From positions 57,433-121,432 of the forward strand of contig CAVRAO010000011.1 in the NCBI GenBank assembly GCA_963719035.1: a DNA stretch of 64,000 nucleotides. The letters are read 5' to 3'. Each line of letters starts with the position of its first letter. Position 1 is the stretch's first letter. Made by a program: the position numbers and the translations under genes. Of this stretch, positions 19,479 through 29,986 are shown in pieces. The notes below the pieces were generated by a model that worked only from the letters and a program-made list of their open reading frames with translations, had not been told where the DNA came from and made no database searches. Source of the DNA: Methanobacteriota archaeon. GTDB lineage: Archaea; Halobacteriota; Bog-38; Methanoflorentales; Methanoflorentaceae.

Positions 19479-22400
19479 TCACTTGACATCCCCGTGATAC
19501 TCCTGCAGCGACTTAACCCCCGATTTCCCTTTTCGAAACGCCGCAATGCCCTTAACCGCCGCCGACGCCGACGCCAGCGTAGTAATATACGGCACCTTGT
19601 ACTTGATGGCCGCTTTGCGAATGTAAGAGTCGTCGTACTGGCTGGCTTTGCCCATCGGTGTGTTGACTACCAGCTGGATCTCTTTGTTCTTGATGGCATC
19701 ATCGATATTGGGCCTGCCTTCGTGAAGCTTTAGAATCGGTTCTGTCTTCACGCCGTTGGCGGCCAGGAAATTATGGGTCCCTTGGGTGGCCTTGATGGAA
19801 AAGCCTAGTTTGGAAAACTCTCGGGCAATATCCAGCACCCCCGACCGGTCCTTGGTTGAAACGGTGATCAGAACCGTCCCCTGGTCTAGAAGAGCCGGCT
19901 TGGCTGCCTCCTCGGCCTTATAAAATGCCATCCCGAAAGAATCGGCCATGCCCAACACCTCTCCGGTTGATCTCATCTCCGGCCCCAGCACCGGATCGAC
20001 CTCGGGGAACATGTTGAACGGGAATACCGCTTCCTTGACCCCGAAGTGCGGAATCTTCCTCTCTTTCAAGCCCAAGTCTTTCAGCTTCTTGCCCATCATC
20101 AGCTCGGTGGCTATGTGGGCCATGGAGATGTTGCACACTTTCGACACCAGCGGCACAGTCCTTGAGGCTCTGGGATTTGCCTCCAGCACGTAAACAACAT
20201 CCTTGGCAATGGCATACTGCATGTTCATCAAGCCCACCACATGCAGCTCTCGTGCAATGCGCTTGGTATACTCGATCATGGTCTTCAGATGCTTGTCCTG
20301 AATGCTCACCGGCGGAATAACACAAGCAGAATCTCCGGAGTGAATGCCCGCCTGCTCGATATGCTCCATTACTGCAGGAACACAGGTGTTTGTCCCATCG
20401 GACAGAGCATCAGCCTCCGCCTCCAGGGCATTTTCTAGGAATCGGTCGATCAAGATGGGACGCTCAGGCGTGACATCCACCGCCGCCTGCACGTAATGCT
20501 CCAGCATCTGCTCGTCGTAGAGCACCTCCATGCCCCGCCCTCCTAAGACATAGGACGGCCGGACCATGAGTGGATAGCCGATCCGGTTGGCCACCTCCAA
20601 AGCCTCCTGGAAGTTGCTGGCCATTCCCGACTCCGGCATGGGAATTCCCAGCATTTCCATCATCTTCCTGAAGCGGTCGCGGTCCTCGGCCAGGTCGATG
20701 GCATCCACGCTGGTCCCCAGGATCTTCACTCCAGCATCCGAGAGTTCCCGGGCGATGTTAAGGGGCGTCTGGCCCCCGAACTGAACTATGACCCCTTCCG
20801 GCCTTTCCTCTTGGTAAATGCTCAGAACATCTTCCAGGGTCAATGGCTCAAAGTACAGCTTATCCGAAGTGTCATAGTCAGTGGAAACCGTCTCTGGATT
20901 GCAGTTCACCATGATGGTCTCGTAGCCGAGATCTCGCAGAGAAAAGGCGGCATGAACACAGCAATAGTCGAACTCAATTCCCTGCCCAATCCGGTTCGGC
21001 CCCCCTCCCAAGACCATGACCTTTCGGCGGTTGATGCTGCCCGGTTGGTTTTTCTTCTCTTGTCCTTCCTGTTCTGGATTGCCAGTAGCGGTGCTATTAT
21101 TGGCAGTGTTGTGATTAGTGCTGTTGTACGATGAGTAGTAGTAGGCAGCGTCCTCAACTCCGCTGACGGGAACTGGTTCCCATATCTCGACGATTCCCAA
21201 TGCCTCGCGCTGACGCCTGATATCCGCTTCAGAGACGTTGAGCAGCTTGGCCAGGTATGTGTCAGCAAAGCCGTCCTTTTTGGCCTGTTCCAAAAGCTCA
21301 TCGGGGAGCATCCTGCCTTTGTATTTCAGAATCTCTCCTTCCAGCTTGACCAGCTCGCTCATCTGTTCGATGAACCAGGGCTTGATGTAAGTAATCTTAT
21401 AAAGCTCCTGGATGTCAGCCCCTTTTCGAAGTGCCTCATACATGATGAACTGCCGTTCGCTTGTGGGCTCTTTTAGCATGGCCATTAGCTCAGACAGCGA
21501 CTTTTGGTAGAAGTCTTTGGCAAAACCAAGGCCGTGCCTTCCATTTTCCAGCGAGCGGATGGACTTCTGGAAAGCCTCTTTATAGGTCTTGCCTATGCTC
21601 ATGACCTCGCCCACCGCCTTCATTTGAGTGCCCAGCTTGTCCTGTGATCCTTTGAATTTCTCAAATGCCCAGCGGGGGAACTTCACAACAACATAGTCTC
21701 CGGAAGGCGTGTACTTCTCCAGAGTCCCTTCTCTCCAATATGGAATCTCGTCCAGCGTCATCCCGCTGGCCAACTTAGCTGAAATCAGGGCAATGGGAAA
21801 GCCCGTGGCCTTGGAGGCCAAGGCTGATGATCGAGATGTTCTGGGATTGATCTCGATCACCACCACCCTTCCGGTCTTGGGATCGTGGGCAAACTGAATG
21901 TTCGTGCCTCCGATGACCTTGATGGCATCCACAATCCTGTAGGAATATTCCTGGAGCTTTTCCTGGAGTTCCGGAGAGATGGTGAGCATCGGCGCAGTGC
22001 AGTATGAATCGCCGGTATGTACGCCCATGGCATCCACATTCTCGATAAAACATACTGTGATCATCTGGTTTCTAGCATCACGAACCACTTCCAGCTCCAG
22101 CTCCTCCCAGCCAAGCACTGATTCCTCAATCAAAACCTGTCCTATTAGGCTGGCAGCAATTCCCCGGCTGGCCACTGTGGTCAGCTCTTCTATGTTAAAA
22201 ACGAGTCCTCCACCTGTGCCTCCCATGGTATAGGCCGGACGAACCACCACCGGATACCCCAGCTCAGAGGCCACCTTCACCGCATCCTCCACGCTGTAAA
22301 CGGCCGTGCTCTTGGGCACTTCGATTCCCAGGCTGTTCATGGTCTCTTTGAATACAATACGATCCTCCCCGCGCTCAATGGCATCGATCTCAACTCCGAT

Positions 22401-22745
22401 AACCTTCACCCCGAATTTATCCAGGATTCCAGCTCTATCCAGTTCAGAACTCAAATTAAGGCCGGACTGGCCGCCTAAATTCGGCAAAATGGCATCAGGT
22501 CTCTCCTTTTCAATAATCTGGATCATACGCTCCAGATTCAGGGGTTCGATGTAGGTAATATCAGCCATCCCGGGATCGGTCATAATGGTAGCAGGATTGG
22601 AATTTACCAACACGATTGAATATCCCAGGCTGCGCAGCGCCTTGCAGGCCTGAGTTCCGGAATAGTCGAATTCACATGCCTGGCCAATGACGATTGGACC
22701 AGACCCGATGATCATAACTTTATTGATGTCATCTCGTTTTGGCAT
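19479..22745 (-). CDS. carB: Carbamoyl-phosphate synthase large subunit
   Basis: MPKRDDI...GSGPIVIGQACEFDYSG, NPATIMTD, GPNRIGQGIEFDY, STDYDTSDKLYFEP. Confidence 0.97.
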   Translation of the reverse strand: MPKRDDINKVMIIGSGPIVIGQACEFDYSGTQACKALRSLGYSIVLVNSNPATIMTDPGMADITYIEPLNLERMIQIIEKERPDAILPNLGGQSGLNLSSELDRAGILDKFGVKVIGVEIDAIERGEDRIVFKETMNSLGIEVPKSTAVYSVEDAVKVASELGYPVVVRPAYTMGGTGGGLVFNIEELTTVASRGIAASLIGQVLIEESVLGWEELELEVVRDARNQMITVCFIENVDAMGVHTGDSYCTAPMLTISPELQEKLQEYSYRIVDAIKVIGGTNIQFAHDPKTGRVVVIEINPRTSRSSALASKATGFPIALISAKLASGMTLDEIPYWREGTLEKYTPSGDYVVVKFPRWAFEKFKGSQDKLGTQMKAVGEVMSIGKTYKEAFQKSIRSLENGRHGLGFAKDFYQKSLSELMAMLKEPTSERQFIMYEALRKGADIQELYKITYIKPWFIEQMSELVKLEGEILKYKGRMLPDELLEQAKKDGFADTYLAKLLNVSEADIRRQREALGIVEIWEPVPVSGVEDAAYYYSSYNSTNHNTANNSTATGNPEQEGQEKKNQPGSINRRKVMVLGGGPNRIGQGIEFDYCCVHAAFSLRDLGYETIMVNCNPETVSTDYDTSDKLYFEPLTLEDVLSIYQEERPEGVIVQFGGQTPLNIARELSDAGVKILGTSVDAIDLAEDRDRFRKMMEMLGIPMPESGMASNFQEALEVANRIGYPLMVRPSYVLGGRGMEVLYDEQMLEHYVQAAVDVTPERPILIDRFLENALEAEADALSDGTNTCVPAVMEHIEQAGIHSGDSACVIPPVSIQDKHLKTMIEYTKRIARELHVVGLMNMQYAIAKDVVYVLEANPRASRTVPLVSKVCNISMAHIATELMMGKKLKDLGLKERKIPHFGVKEAVFPFNMFPEVDPVLGPEMRSTGEVLGMADSFGMAFYKAEEAAKPALLDQGTVLITVSTKDRSGVLDIAREFSKLGFSIKATQGTHNFLAANGVKTEPILKLHEGRPNIDDAIKNKEIQLVVNTPMGKASQYDDSYIRKAAIKYKVPYITTLASASAAVKGIAAFRKGKSGVKSLQEYHGDVK

Positions 22746-23085
22746 GACTCTCCATCTCCCTCTTGGCATTCTCAGACGATTTCCTAATTTCGCATCCTGA
22801 TGATGTCATACAATCAAGAAATAAAAGACTCTCGTTAGCGCGATATTATCGAATTGCACCCGGCATTGCGCGCAATACCCCCTATGATGTTCGTTAAGCA
22901 TTCGTGAATCGTGTACATCTAACTCATACATGACGATCTCAGATAAAAACGAGGGGTAATGAGAAATGGGAATGACCGCTTCCCTGGTTGTCATTGTCAT
23001 AAGACGTTGTTTTTTTTTCAGCCTGTTTTTTGCGTTCTTCTGCATCTTGGCGTTCTTTTTCTTTCTTTCTTTGTCGTAACGCTGT

Positions 23086-23343
23086 TTACGCTCGCGGATC
23101 GCTCATTTCGTTTAGTGTGCGTTCTGCTGCCATCTGAACGGAAAAACTGTCGTCATTCAGTGCTTCAATAAGTGGCGTTACCGCTCGTTTATCGTCAAGT
23201 TCGCCGAGCGATCTTGCTGCGTCGCTCCGATATTCCTTTTCTAAGCGAAGTAGCTTAATCAACGGCTCTACCGCTTGTTCGTCGTGAAGCTGACCAAGAG
23301 CCTCAGCAGCTTTGAAGCGGAGCCAAGGACTCTTTGTGTCCAA
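23086..23343 (-). pseudogene. HEAT-repeat (PBS-lyase-like) fragment
   Basis: AAEALGQLHDEQAVEPLIKLL and AARSLGELDDKRAVTPLIEAL. Confidence 0.7.
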
Positions 23344-24055
23344 CGCTTGGACGAGTACGGATCGCGGGTCTCCAAGCTTTTCACCTATCCTTTTGAGCGC
23401 TCCGTGACGCTAAACTCAATTCCGTCTATTGCTTCATTGAGTTTCAATCGTTAAACTTTGAAAAAGTTAAAAAACCGTTACCCTTTCAATTATGGGAAGT
23501 TAAACGGGAATCAGAAATAAAGGACGTAGCTAATGACCCGCGCACTAAGCATTTTCGCCATGATCTAGCAGCAGTACCTAGTCGAGAACATTAGCATGTC
23601 CAATGTACACTACAACGAAGCAAAATCGAGGGGCGATCCTATGATGTTGCCTAAAGTGTATATATTGAGTTAAAAGCTGAATCAGGGGCCGTCTATATCG
23701 AAGAACATGATATGTGGGTATCAGATAATTCGCGGTTTTTAAGATTCTACGGGATGGCAGGATACAACAATTGGAATTTGGATTAGTAGCCTATATGTTC
23801 AAAACAATGCATAGGTAGGTCTATCATTTCGCGCCCTTTAACCCGATTTGCCGCGTAACATGGAAGTTAGCCCTATAATCTAGGAGCAAACGCCATCATC
23901 GGTTTCATTGAAAGCGTTTTTCACGGCGTATCAAACTCGGCGAGGAGGAAATGTGACGTGGATTAATGATACCACCGTAAATATTCACCACCGATATGAG
24001 TGTACCGGGGATTACGCGTCTACGGTTCTCCCCCATGTAGTGCAGTTTAAAGACA

Positions 24056-24754
24056 CTATTCGAAGCTTCTCAACGATTGCGGTATTGTCACGCAAGTCTT
24101 ACCATCCTTTTTGAATCGAAAATCGCACTTTGCACCACCATCGGCTAGAGTCATTGTTCGGCGTAATCCCCACCCCACTAACTCGCTGGCGATCTTGTCG
24201 ATGGCACACAGATACGGAACCAACTCTGCCGCACCTTGCTGTCGGAAAAAATTATTGACCGCACACTCGATATAGTCGAATTCATAGTCGAACTCTTCCC
24301 CGTCCCCTTGTAGATAAGCAACAACATAACCACCTGGATACTTGCGCTCCTGGGATAGTGCCGCTCGTTTTTGTAATCGTGTAGTGAACCATCGAGAAAA
24401 CCACACAATTCTAACAAGTCGACGCACAAAGCCTGGGATTGCTTTAATTTCCGCTTCACCAATTTCGTACACTAGCTGTCCTACTTCTTCGACCGTCTTG
24501 CCACGTTCTTCAAACGCTTTGTATATTCCCAAGTGCCGACTGGCTGGTAAATAGAACATGTCAACTAGAGGATTTTTTTCACCGATATAAGGAATTTGAG
24601 GGATGAGGTCACAGTACTTTTGACGTGACGCTTGTATCAACGCATTAGCTTCTTCTCCGTAGCGTGCAACCAATACTGGCTTGACCAGAGAAATCGCTCG
24701 GTCAAAACTCTTCAATAAACGGGGTGTGCGGGAGATATAGTTTTCGTGCGACAT
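24056..24754 (-). CDS. L-2-amino-thiazoline-4-carboxylate hydrolase-like (V4R-fold) protein
   Basis: DYIECAV...PYLCAID...RTMTLADGGAKCDFRF. Confidence 0.8.
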   Translation of the reverse strand: MSHENYISRTPRLLKSFDRAISLVKPVLVARYGEEANALIQASRQKYCDLIPQIPYIGEKNPLVDMFYLPASRHLGIYKAFEERGKTVEEVGQLVYEIGEAEIKAIPGFVRRLVRIVWFSRWFTTRLQKRAALSQERKYPGGYVVAYLQGDGEEFDYEFDYIECAVNNFFRQQGAAELVPYLCAIDKIASELVGWGLRRTMTLADGGAKCDFRFKKDGKTCVTIPQSLRSFE

Positions 24755-24926
24755 CTGCCATCATCCTTCTTGCATTTCAGTTTGTGTTGAGCTGCCCACG
24801 CCGCCTCGAAACACGCGACTTATTTTATTTCGGAACATAAGGATTATCTCCGACGACCGCGCGTAACGTGGTGACGAGAGAGATATTAAGTTCGCCCTGA
24901 GCATATGATATGCGGTGACGTATCAT

Positions 24927-25073
24927 ATGAATGACGCAATAGTAGCAACGGAGATTGAAAATCTTAGGACAGAAATCAGCGATATTAAAAACTTAATGTT
25001 GAAGCGGTTTAAAGACCTCGAAGGATATTTATCAAATATCGAGGACGAATTAACGGCGATAATACGGCTATAA
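24927..25073 (+). CDS. Small coiled-coil protein (48 aa)
   Basis: Hand translation MNDAIVATEIENLRTEISDIKNLMLKRFKDLEGYLSNIEDELTAIIRL. Confidence 0.45.
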   Translation: MNDAIVATEIENLRTEISDIKNLMLKRFKDLEGYLSNIEDELTAIIRL

Positions 25074-25116
25074 TAATAATAGAATTATTCGCGCTCGGGA
25101 TAAGCTGTTTATTAAC

Positions 25117-25308
25117 GTGTATGACGGCGCGGCTGCTCCGCCGGCCGCAGCTGCTACGTGCCCAGCGACGACCAGTGCCCAGGGGTGCACGACTTGCCAG
25201 CCTGCAACAAGCTGCTGCCCGCCGCCAGTGACGTGCTGCCCGCCGCCAGTGACGTGCTGCCCGCCGCCAGTGACGTGCTGCCCAGTGGTCACAGCTAAGT
25301 GCTGCTAG
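25117..25308 (+). CDS. Cys-rich repeat peptide (13 Cys in 63 aa)
   Basis: (CCPPPVT)x3 encoded by 21-bp tandem repeat tgctgcccgccgccagtgacg from 25213; ends AKCC. Confidence 0.55.
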   Translation: MYDGAAAPPAAAATCPATTSAQGCTTCQPATSCCPPPVTCCPPPVTCCPPPVTCCPVVTAKCC

Positions 25309-25809
25309 GTCAAAACAGTCCCACAATACGAAATGAAAAAGCCAGAGATGAAGCATTGGGCCTTACATTGGCAGAACGAATAAGGACAGGCTGAACAAAC
25401 GCGGAAGGGCTGAATAAATGCGGAAGGCCAGAGGTATCCCCTGGCTTCTTTTTTGTTTTATCAGATTTATCCGTGCCCGCTTCGCCTTTTTTATATTAGA
25501 GCACCTCACTATTTCTAAAAAGGCACCCGTTCATAGATTTCCTGCATGTTCCTTCTTCAAACTGAGATACGCACCAGTTGTGTAGATATTAGAGTGACAC
25601 ACCACGTCGCGTCTTCCGTACATAGTGGCGTGATATCTTCGTCCTGTCTAGCGAGGTAACTAAAGATTAATTTAGAATAAATAAAATAGCGGCCGTTAAC
25701 TGTTCGTTTTCCTTCACTTGTTCTTTCTGCATTACTGACAAATAAATTAGTCTAATTTTTATTGAAAACAAAAATATTTATGACTTTAAATTGTTAATAT
25801 CTCTGTTCT

Positions 25810-26418
25810 ATGGTAAGTGAAAGTCTTGTTTTTCAATTAGGCGCAATTATTTTTGCTATGTCTTTGGTAGTATTTCTGCTTATTAGCAAGAAAAAAAAAC
25901 TGTTTGATACAGAGTTTTTTGTCAGCTTTCTCACTACCACAAGCTATGCACTTATGAGTCTAGGTATAGCGACAACTGTTGCTTTGAGCGGACAAACAAT
26001 CTACTGGTCGCGATGGTTGTTTTATCTGGCAGCTTGTCCTTTACTAATGTATGATATCGCAAAAATCCTAAAAATATCAAACGAAGAATATCCAAAGCTT
26101 GCTTTCTTTACCGGTTTGACTATGTTCAATGGATTTCTTGCTAGCTATATTGTTACCCCCTCTCGGTGGCTTTTTTTTATCTTGAGTTCTGTGGCATTTA
26201 TCTGCCTTCTTTACATGGTATTTCAAGGTCAGAAAAATCCTGCCTTCAAAACTCTCAAACCATTTGTTCTCGTTGGTTGGTCCCTTTTTCCAGCGGTATT
26301 CCTACTTGCTCCAACAGGGTTTGGGGTTCTCGATACATCCATTTCAGAAAGTCTATATCTTCTACTTGACGTAGTAACTAAGTTATGTTTTGGTGTGATT
26401 ACCATCAGGATGAAATAG
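25810..26418 (+). CDS. Microbial rhodopsin, schizorhodopsin-like
   Basis: 202 aa, about 7 TM; helix C YWSRWLFYLAACPLLMYD; helix F GWSLFPAVF; helix G LYLLLDVVTKLCFG with D187 and retinal-binding K191. Confidence 0.9.
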   Translation: MVSESLVFQLGAIIFAMSLVVFLLISKKKKLFDTEFFVSFLTTTSYALMSLGIATTVALSGQTIYWSRWLFYLAACPLLMYDIAKILKISNEEYPKLAFFTGLTMFNGFLASYIVTPSRWLFFILSSVAFICLLYMVFQGQKNPAFKTLKPFVLVGWSLFPAVFLLAPTGFGVLDTSISESLYLLLDVVTKLCFGVITIRMK

Positions 26419-26444
26419 CTTCTATCCTTGCAACTTACAGCTTA

Positions 26445-26884
26445 TCAACTTAGGTAGGAAATGGTTGTACAACGCTCGTCGTTTTTATTTATGATAGATG
26501 CATAAGTAAAGCGCAGAGGACCCTTCAGAGCGTCCGATTTGAAAAAGAACGATGGGCTCGGCCGGATTCGGACCGGCGATCTCCGCCATGTCAAGACGGG
26601 GGATTTCGAGCTTTTTGAGGTCTTTTCTTTAGGAGATATGACCACAAGGAAGGCTAGCGCTCCTTCATTTACAGTCTGAACTATTCTTGTGGACAAGCCT
26701 GCAAGTCGCGAGAAAGTATACGGTAGCCGTATTGTTGGGTAATCGTAACCATCTTTTGCGTGGTGCGAGAGATTTTACTGCGGTGGATCTCTAGCAGCTC
26801 GTTTTTTTGGATTGCAGCGTTGGCAAATAGGATTGGGTTATATTGAGCGGCTACATAATGGTAAATGAAGCTGACGTAGGGCAT
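26445..26884 (-). pseudogene. Integrase N-terminal fragment with att derived from tRNA-Val(GAC) 3' half (26553-26595)
   Basis: YPTIRLPYTFSRLAG...GALAFLVV...LTWRRSPVRIRPSP, homologous to the 14882 region; minus strand cttGACatggcggagatcgccggtccgaatccggccgagccca. Confidence 0.8.
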
Positions 26885-27072
26885 TTAATCGTTGTGATTA
26901 GCCGCGTGCGACTATATGGGAACGTCAGCAACCCGAGCTTTAAAGATGCCAGATTAGTCTATTGAGGATCACGTCTCTGCGTCAAGAGGATGCGACGACT
27001 AACTTTTTCCTTTCTCTTCCTGCTCTCAAACGTGTCGTCCAACAAGTCTCGTTTCTTGCCGTATGTTATTTA

Positions 27073-27960
27073 CTATCTACGATAGCGCATCCCAAAACCG
27101 ATGGCCATAGCGAGCTTAGTAAGACAATATTTCGCTTCGCTCGACTGGAGGAACTTCAATTCCGCGCAGGCTTCACGTGCGTGCAACGCTGCCATTTGTC
27201 GTAGGTATTCTTCTTGTGAACAGCGTTGATCAGAGAGAGCTAGTGCGACTGATCGGGATCCACTCTGAATGCCATCGGTTAGGTCATCGCGAACTTGGTA
27301 AGCAACGCCAAGTGCTCGAGCATATGCAGATAATCTTTCGATATCTGCACGCGTCGCCCCACCAACGACAGCGCCTATGCTTGCTGCAGCCTCAAAGAGC
27401 ACGGCCGTTTTTTTTGTAATGATCTCAACATACGTTTCAGTCTGAATAACGGGACCTGCTGTAAACGCGTTCACTTCGAGGAGTTCTCCTTCACACATGC
27501 TAATGGTTGCATTGGCAAGTGCATTTGCCACGCGAGGATCAGGATACCGAGAAGTAATACTTAGGATGAGTGAAAGGATGAAATCAGCGCTCAAAAGCGC
27601 CATCTCGCGACCATATGACGTGTGGAAAGACATGCTTCCTCGACGAGTTATGTCACCGTCAATAATGTCATCGTGGACTAGCGATTCCATATGCGCAAGC
27701 TCAACCGCAACAGCTGCAGGAAGCGGGTCGCATTCGCGGCCACCGACGCTCTCAAATGCTAGGAGGAGAAGAGTAGACCGAAGCCGTTTGCCGCCTTTAA
27801 GTGCCTTGACGAAAGGAGCAAAAAAGGGGGAGTTCTTCCGTTGCTGCAACTCGGCAAAAAGCGCGCGATCGATTTGTGCACGATAATGACTGAGCGTTTC
27901 TGAGAGTCTGCAGGAGGAGTTTGATGCTATGTCTCTACTCATTTGGTCGCCGTGCTTCAA
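27073..27960 (-). CDS. Polyprenyl diphosphate synthase family
   Basis: GGKRLR, HDDIIDGDITRRG, KKTAVLF, AYQVRDDLTD. Confidence 0.9.
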   Translation of the reverse strand: MKHGDQMSRDIASNSSCRLSETLSHYRAQIDRALFAELQQRKNSPFFAPFVKALKGGKRLRSTLLLLAFESVGGRECDPLPAAVAVELAHMESLVHDDIIDGDITRRGSMSFHTSYGREMALLSADFILSLILSITSRYPDPRVANALANATISMCEGELLEVNAFTAGPVIQTETYVEIITKKTAVLFEAAASIGAVVGGATRADIERLSAYARALGVAYQVRDDLTDGIQSGSRSVALALSDQRCSQEEYLRQMAALHAREACAELKFLQSSEAKYCLTKLAMAIGFGMRYRR

Positions 27961-28286
27961 TGAGTACGCCTATACATAAACCTAGCCGAGTAGCAGCTCA
28001 TTAGTATATAGAACAATGGGACGGATCTGAAAGCGGATTATTTACAAAGCAGCGCCGTTTGCTATAGAGATCGGACCTCTAGCGGACTTGGAAGAAGGGG
28101 TAAACGATTCGTTTAACCGGCTAGATGAGCGCTGGCTAAACTAAGCTCACATCAAGTCTCGGCTGATGATCAAGCACATTGCTAGTTCGATGACTAGCAG
28201 CTGGATTATCATCTTCTTGGAGCTCAAAAGCATATCCTCATTTAGTATGGAAACGCTCGGATTGCCTAAGGAATGGTGAGATCGCC

Positions 28287-29231
28287 GTGAAGCCAAGAAC
28301 GCTCTGGCGCATCCTTAGGATAGAAGGCCTCATTCCGTTTACAGGTTCTGCCATCCTAATCGGTTTTGTCGTGACGCTATGGGAGGTCGGGGTCGCGGCA
28401 GCAGACTGGGGCTTGTTTGTACTCGCAGTTATTGCCGCCCTTCTAGCCCACATTGATGCACATATCTGGAACGACATTATGGATCTCGAAATCGACCGAC
28501 GGGAAAAGAGTAAGGAGACCGGCCGTGACAGGCCTCTCGTGTTTGGGTGGGCGACTGTGAAAGACTACCACATTATGTCTGCGATTGTCACAATCTTGGC
28601 TTTAGTTCTTGCAGCGTATCTCACAATATACCGAGTTTTTATTCCGCTGTTTGTTTTGCTCGGCCTCTTCTTCGTTTTCGGATACAATCATCCCCGCATT
28701 GCATTGGGTCACAAGCCGTTTACCGAGTGGTACATGTTTCCGTGGCTGGTCGTAGGAGTCACCGTAACTATCGTCTATGCATCGACCAACACGTTTTCCC
28801 CACTCGCGTTCCTCCTGTCGTTGTTATCGGGTATCATGGTCACCTGCTTTGTAGTCTCAATGATGCGCAGAGATGTCGTGTCCGATCGGATTGGTGGAAA
28901 ATTAACATCCTCGGTTCTATATCCTACATTGCCCCACTCAACCATCTATGGAAGCATTACCATGCTCATTGCCGTCGCTGCGATCTATCCTCTAAGCTTG
29001 ATACTTGGAATAAGACTTGCGTATATGCTTGTCCTTACGACGGTCAGTATTGGGGCAATTAACACGGTTCTTGGGGCACAGATCGATCAGCTCTCTACTA
29101 GGGCCACGTATTCCATCTTCCCGGATTTTGAAGCGAAAGCAAACAGGCTTATGCTCCGACAAATCGGCGCATCGACAGTTTACGCGGTAATTATCGCTGC
29201 AATTTTAGTGATGTTTGGAAACGTTTTGTGA
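28287..29231 (+). CDS. UbiA/MenA-family prenyltransferase
   Basis: Multi-TM; WNDIMDLEIDRR and RRDVVSDRIGGKLTS Asp-rich motifs. Confidence 0.82.
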   Translation: MKPRTLWRILRIEGLIPFTGSAILIGFVVTLWEVGVAAADWGLFVLAVIAALLAHIDAHIWNDIMDLEIDRREKSKETGRDRPLVFGWATVKDYHIMSAIVTILALVLAAYLTIYRVFIPLFVLLGLFFVFGYNHPRIALGHKPFTEWYMFPWLVVGVTVTIVYASTNTFSPLAFLLSLLSGIMVTCFVVSMMRRDVVSDRIGGKLTSSVLYPTLPHSTIYGSITMLIAVAAIYPLSLILGIRLAYMLVLTTVSIGAINTVLGAQIDQLSTRATYSIFPDFEAKANRLMLRQIGASTVYAVIIAAILVMFGNVL

Positions 29232-29424
29232 AAATCTAGTTGCCATTGGTCTTACGAGACCACTAAGGCTGCTACGTTTTACCTCCGCCTGATATAGGCG
29301 ATAACACTGGAATCGGATCAGGCGATTCGAGATAAATAAGATCATTATCGACGTGTGAAGACGGAGGTTTTAGAGGCTTTTGACGCATTTTCGGTAGAAC
29401 GATAAGCTGGTCGTCAATTGACGA

Positions 29425-29927
29425 GTGGGGAAACACGGTTCACGATTCCAGTATAGGTGTTCAGGCAACCCCCGCGGTATTACATTAACCTATACGACAA
29501 TCGACCACGACGGCAATCGAACCGAACACGATTATGCCGTTCAGGTTATTTGGACCCAATGTCACTTTGAAGGAAAACGACCCTACTTCATCTGCCCCGG
29601 AGTCGTGAATGGCGTAACGTCCATGCGACGCGTTGCGAAGCTCTAAAAGCCACCCGCGGGCAAATACTTCTTTTTTCGGCATTGCCACAACTTGACATAT
29701 TACAGCTGCAACGAGTCAGGAGACGTGCATTTCACAGCCAGACGCGAGCTAAACGCGCAGCTCGAAAGCTGGGGCTTACTAGCCCGGAGGATGTGTACAC
29801 GATGGAACGGCCAAAGGGCATGCACAAGCGAACGTTTCAGCGGCTGCGGCAGGACGCGATTGATGCTATCGAACGTGAGCACAAGGCCTTTGGGAGTGTA
29901 GTGCGTAAGTTTGCTAGTTCTCTGTAG
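29425..29927 (+). pseudogene. Degraded Zn-finger hypothetical protein
   Basis: RPYFICPG...RRVAKL...RHCHNLTYYSCNES...RPKGMHKRTF split by a stop and a frameshift. Confidence 0.55.
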
Positions 29928-29986
29928 ATGTTAGTTCACGCGGCTTTGGTCTTTCTGAAAAAGGGATAGGAATAGTTAAGTTAGTT

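Noticed and set aside
25306-25308. Pyrrolysine read-through of the TAG after the Cys-rich peptide
   Set aside because: No pyl genes in the window and no meaningful downstream continuation.
25009-25356. Minus-strand repeat ORFs (RHWRRAA and QHVTGGG repeats)
   Set aside because: Alternative readings of the same 21-bp repeat; the Cys-rich plus frame is coherent beyond the repeat.
28287-29231. Lycopene elongase (LyeJ) of a carotenoid/retinal cluster
   Set aside because: No carotenoid genes are nearby and the motifs support only a general UbiA/MenA-family call.
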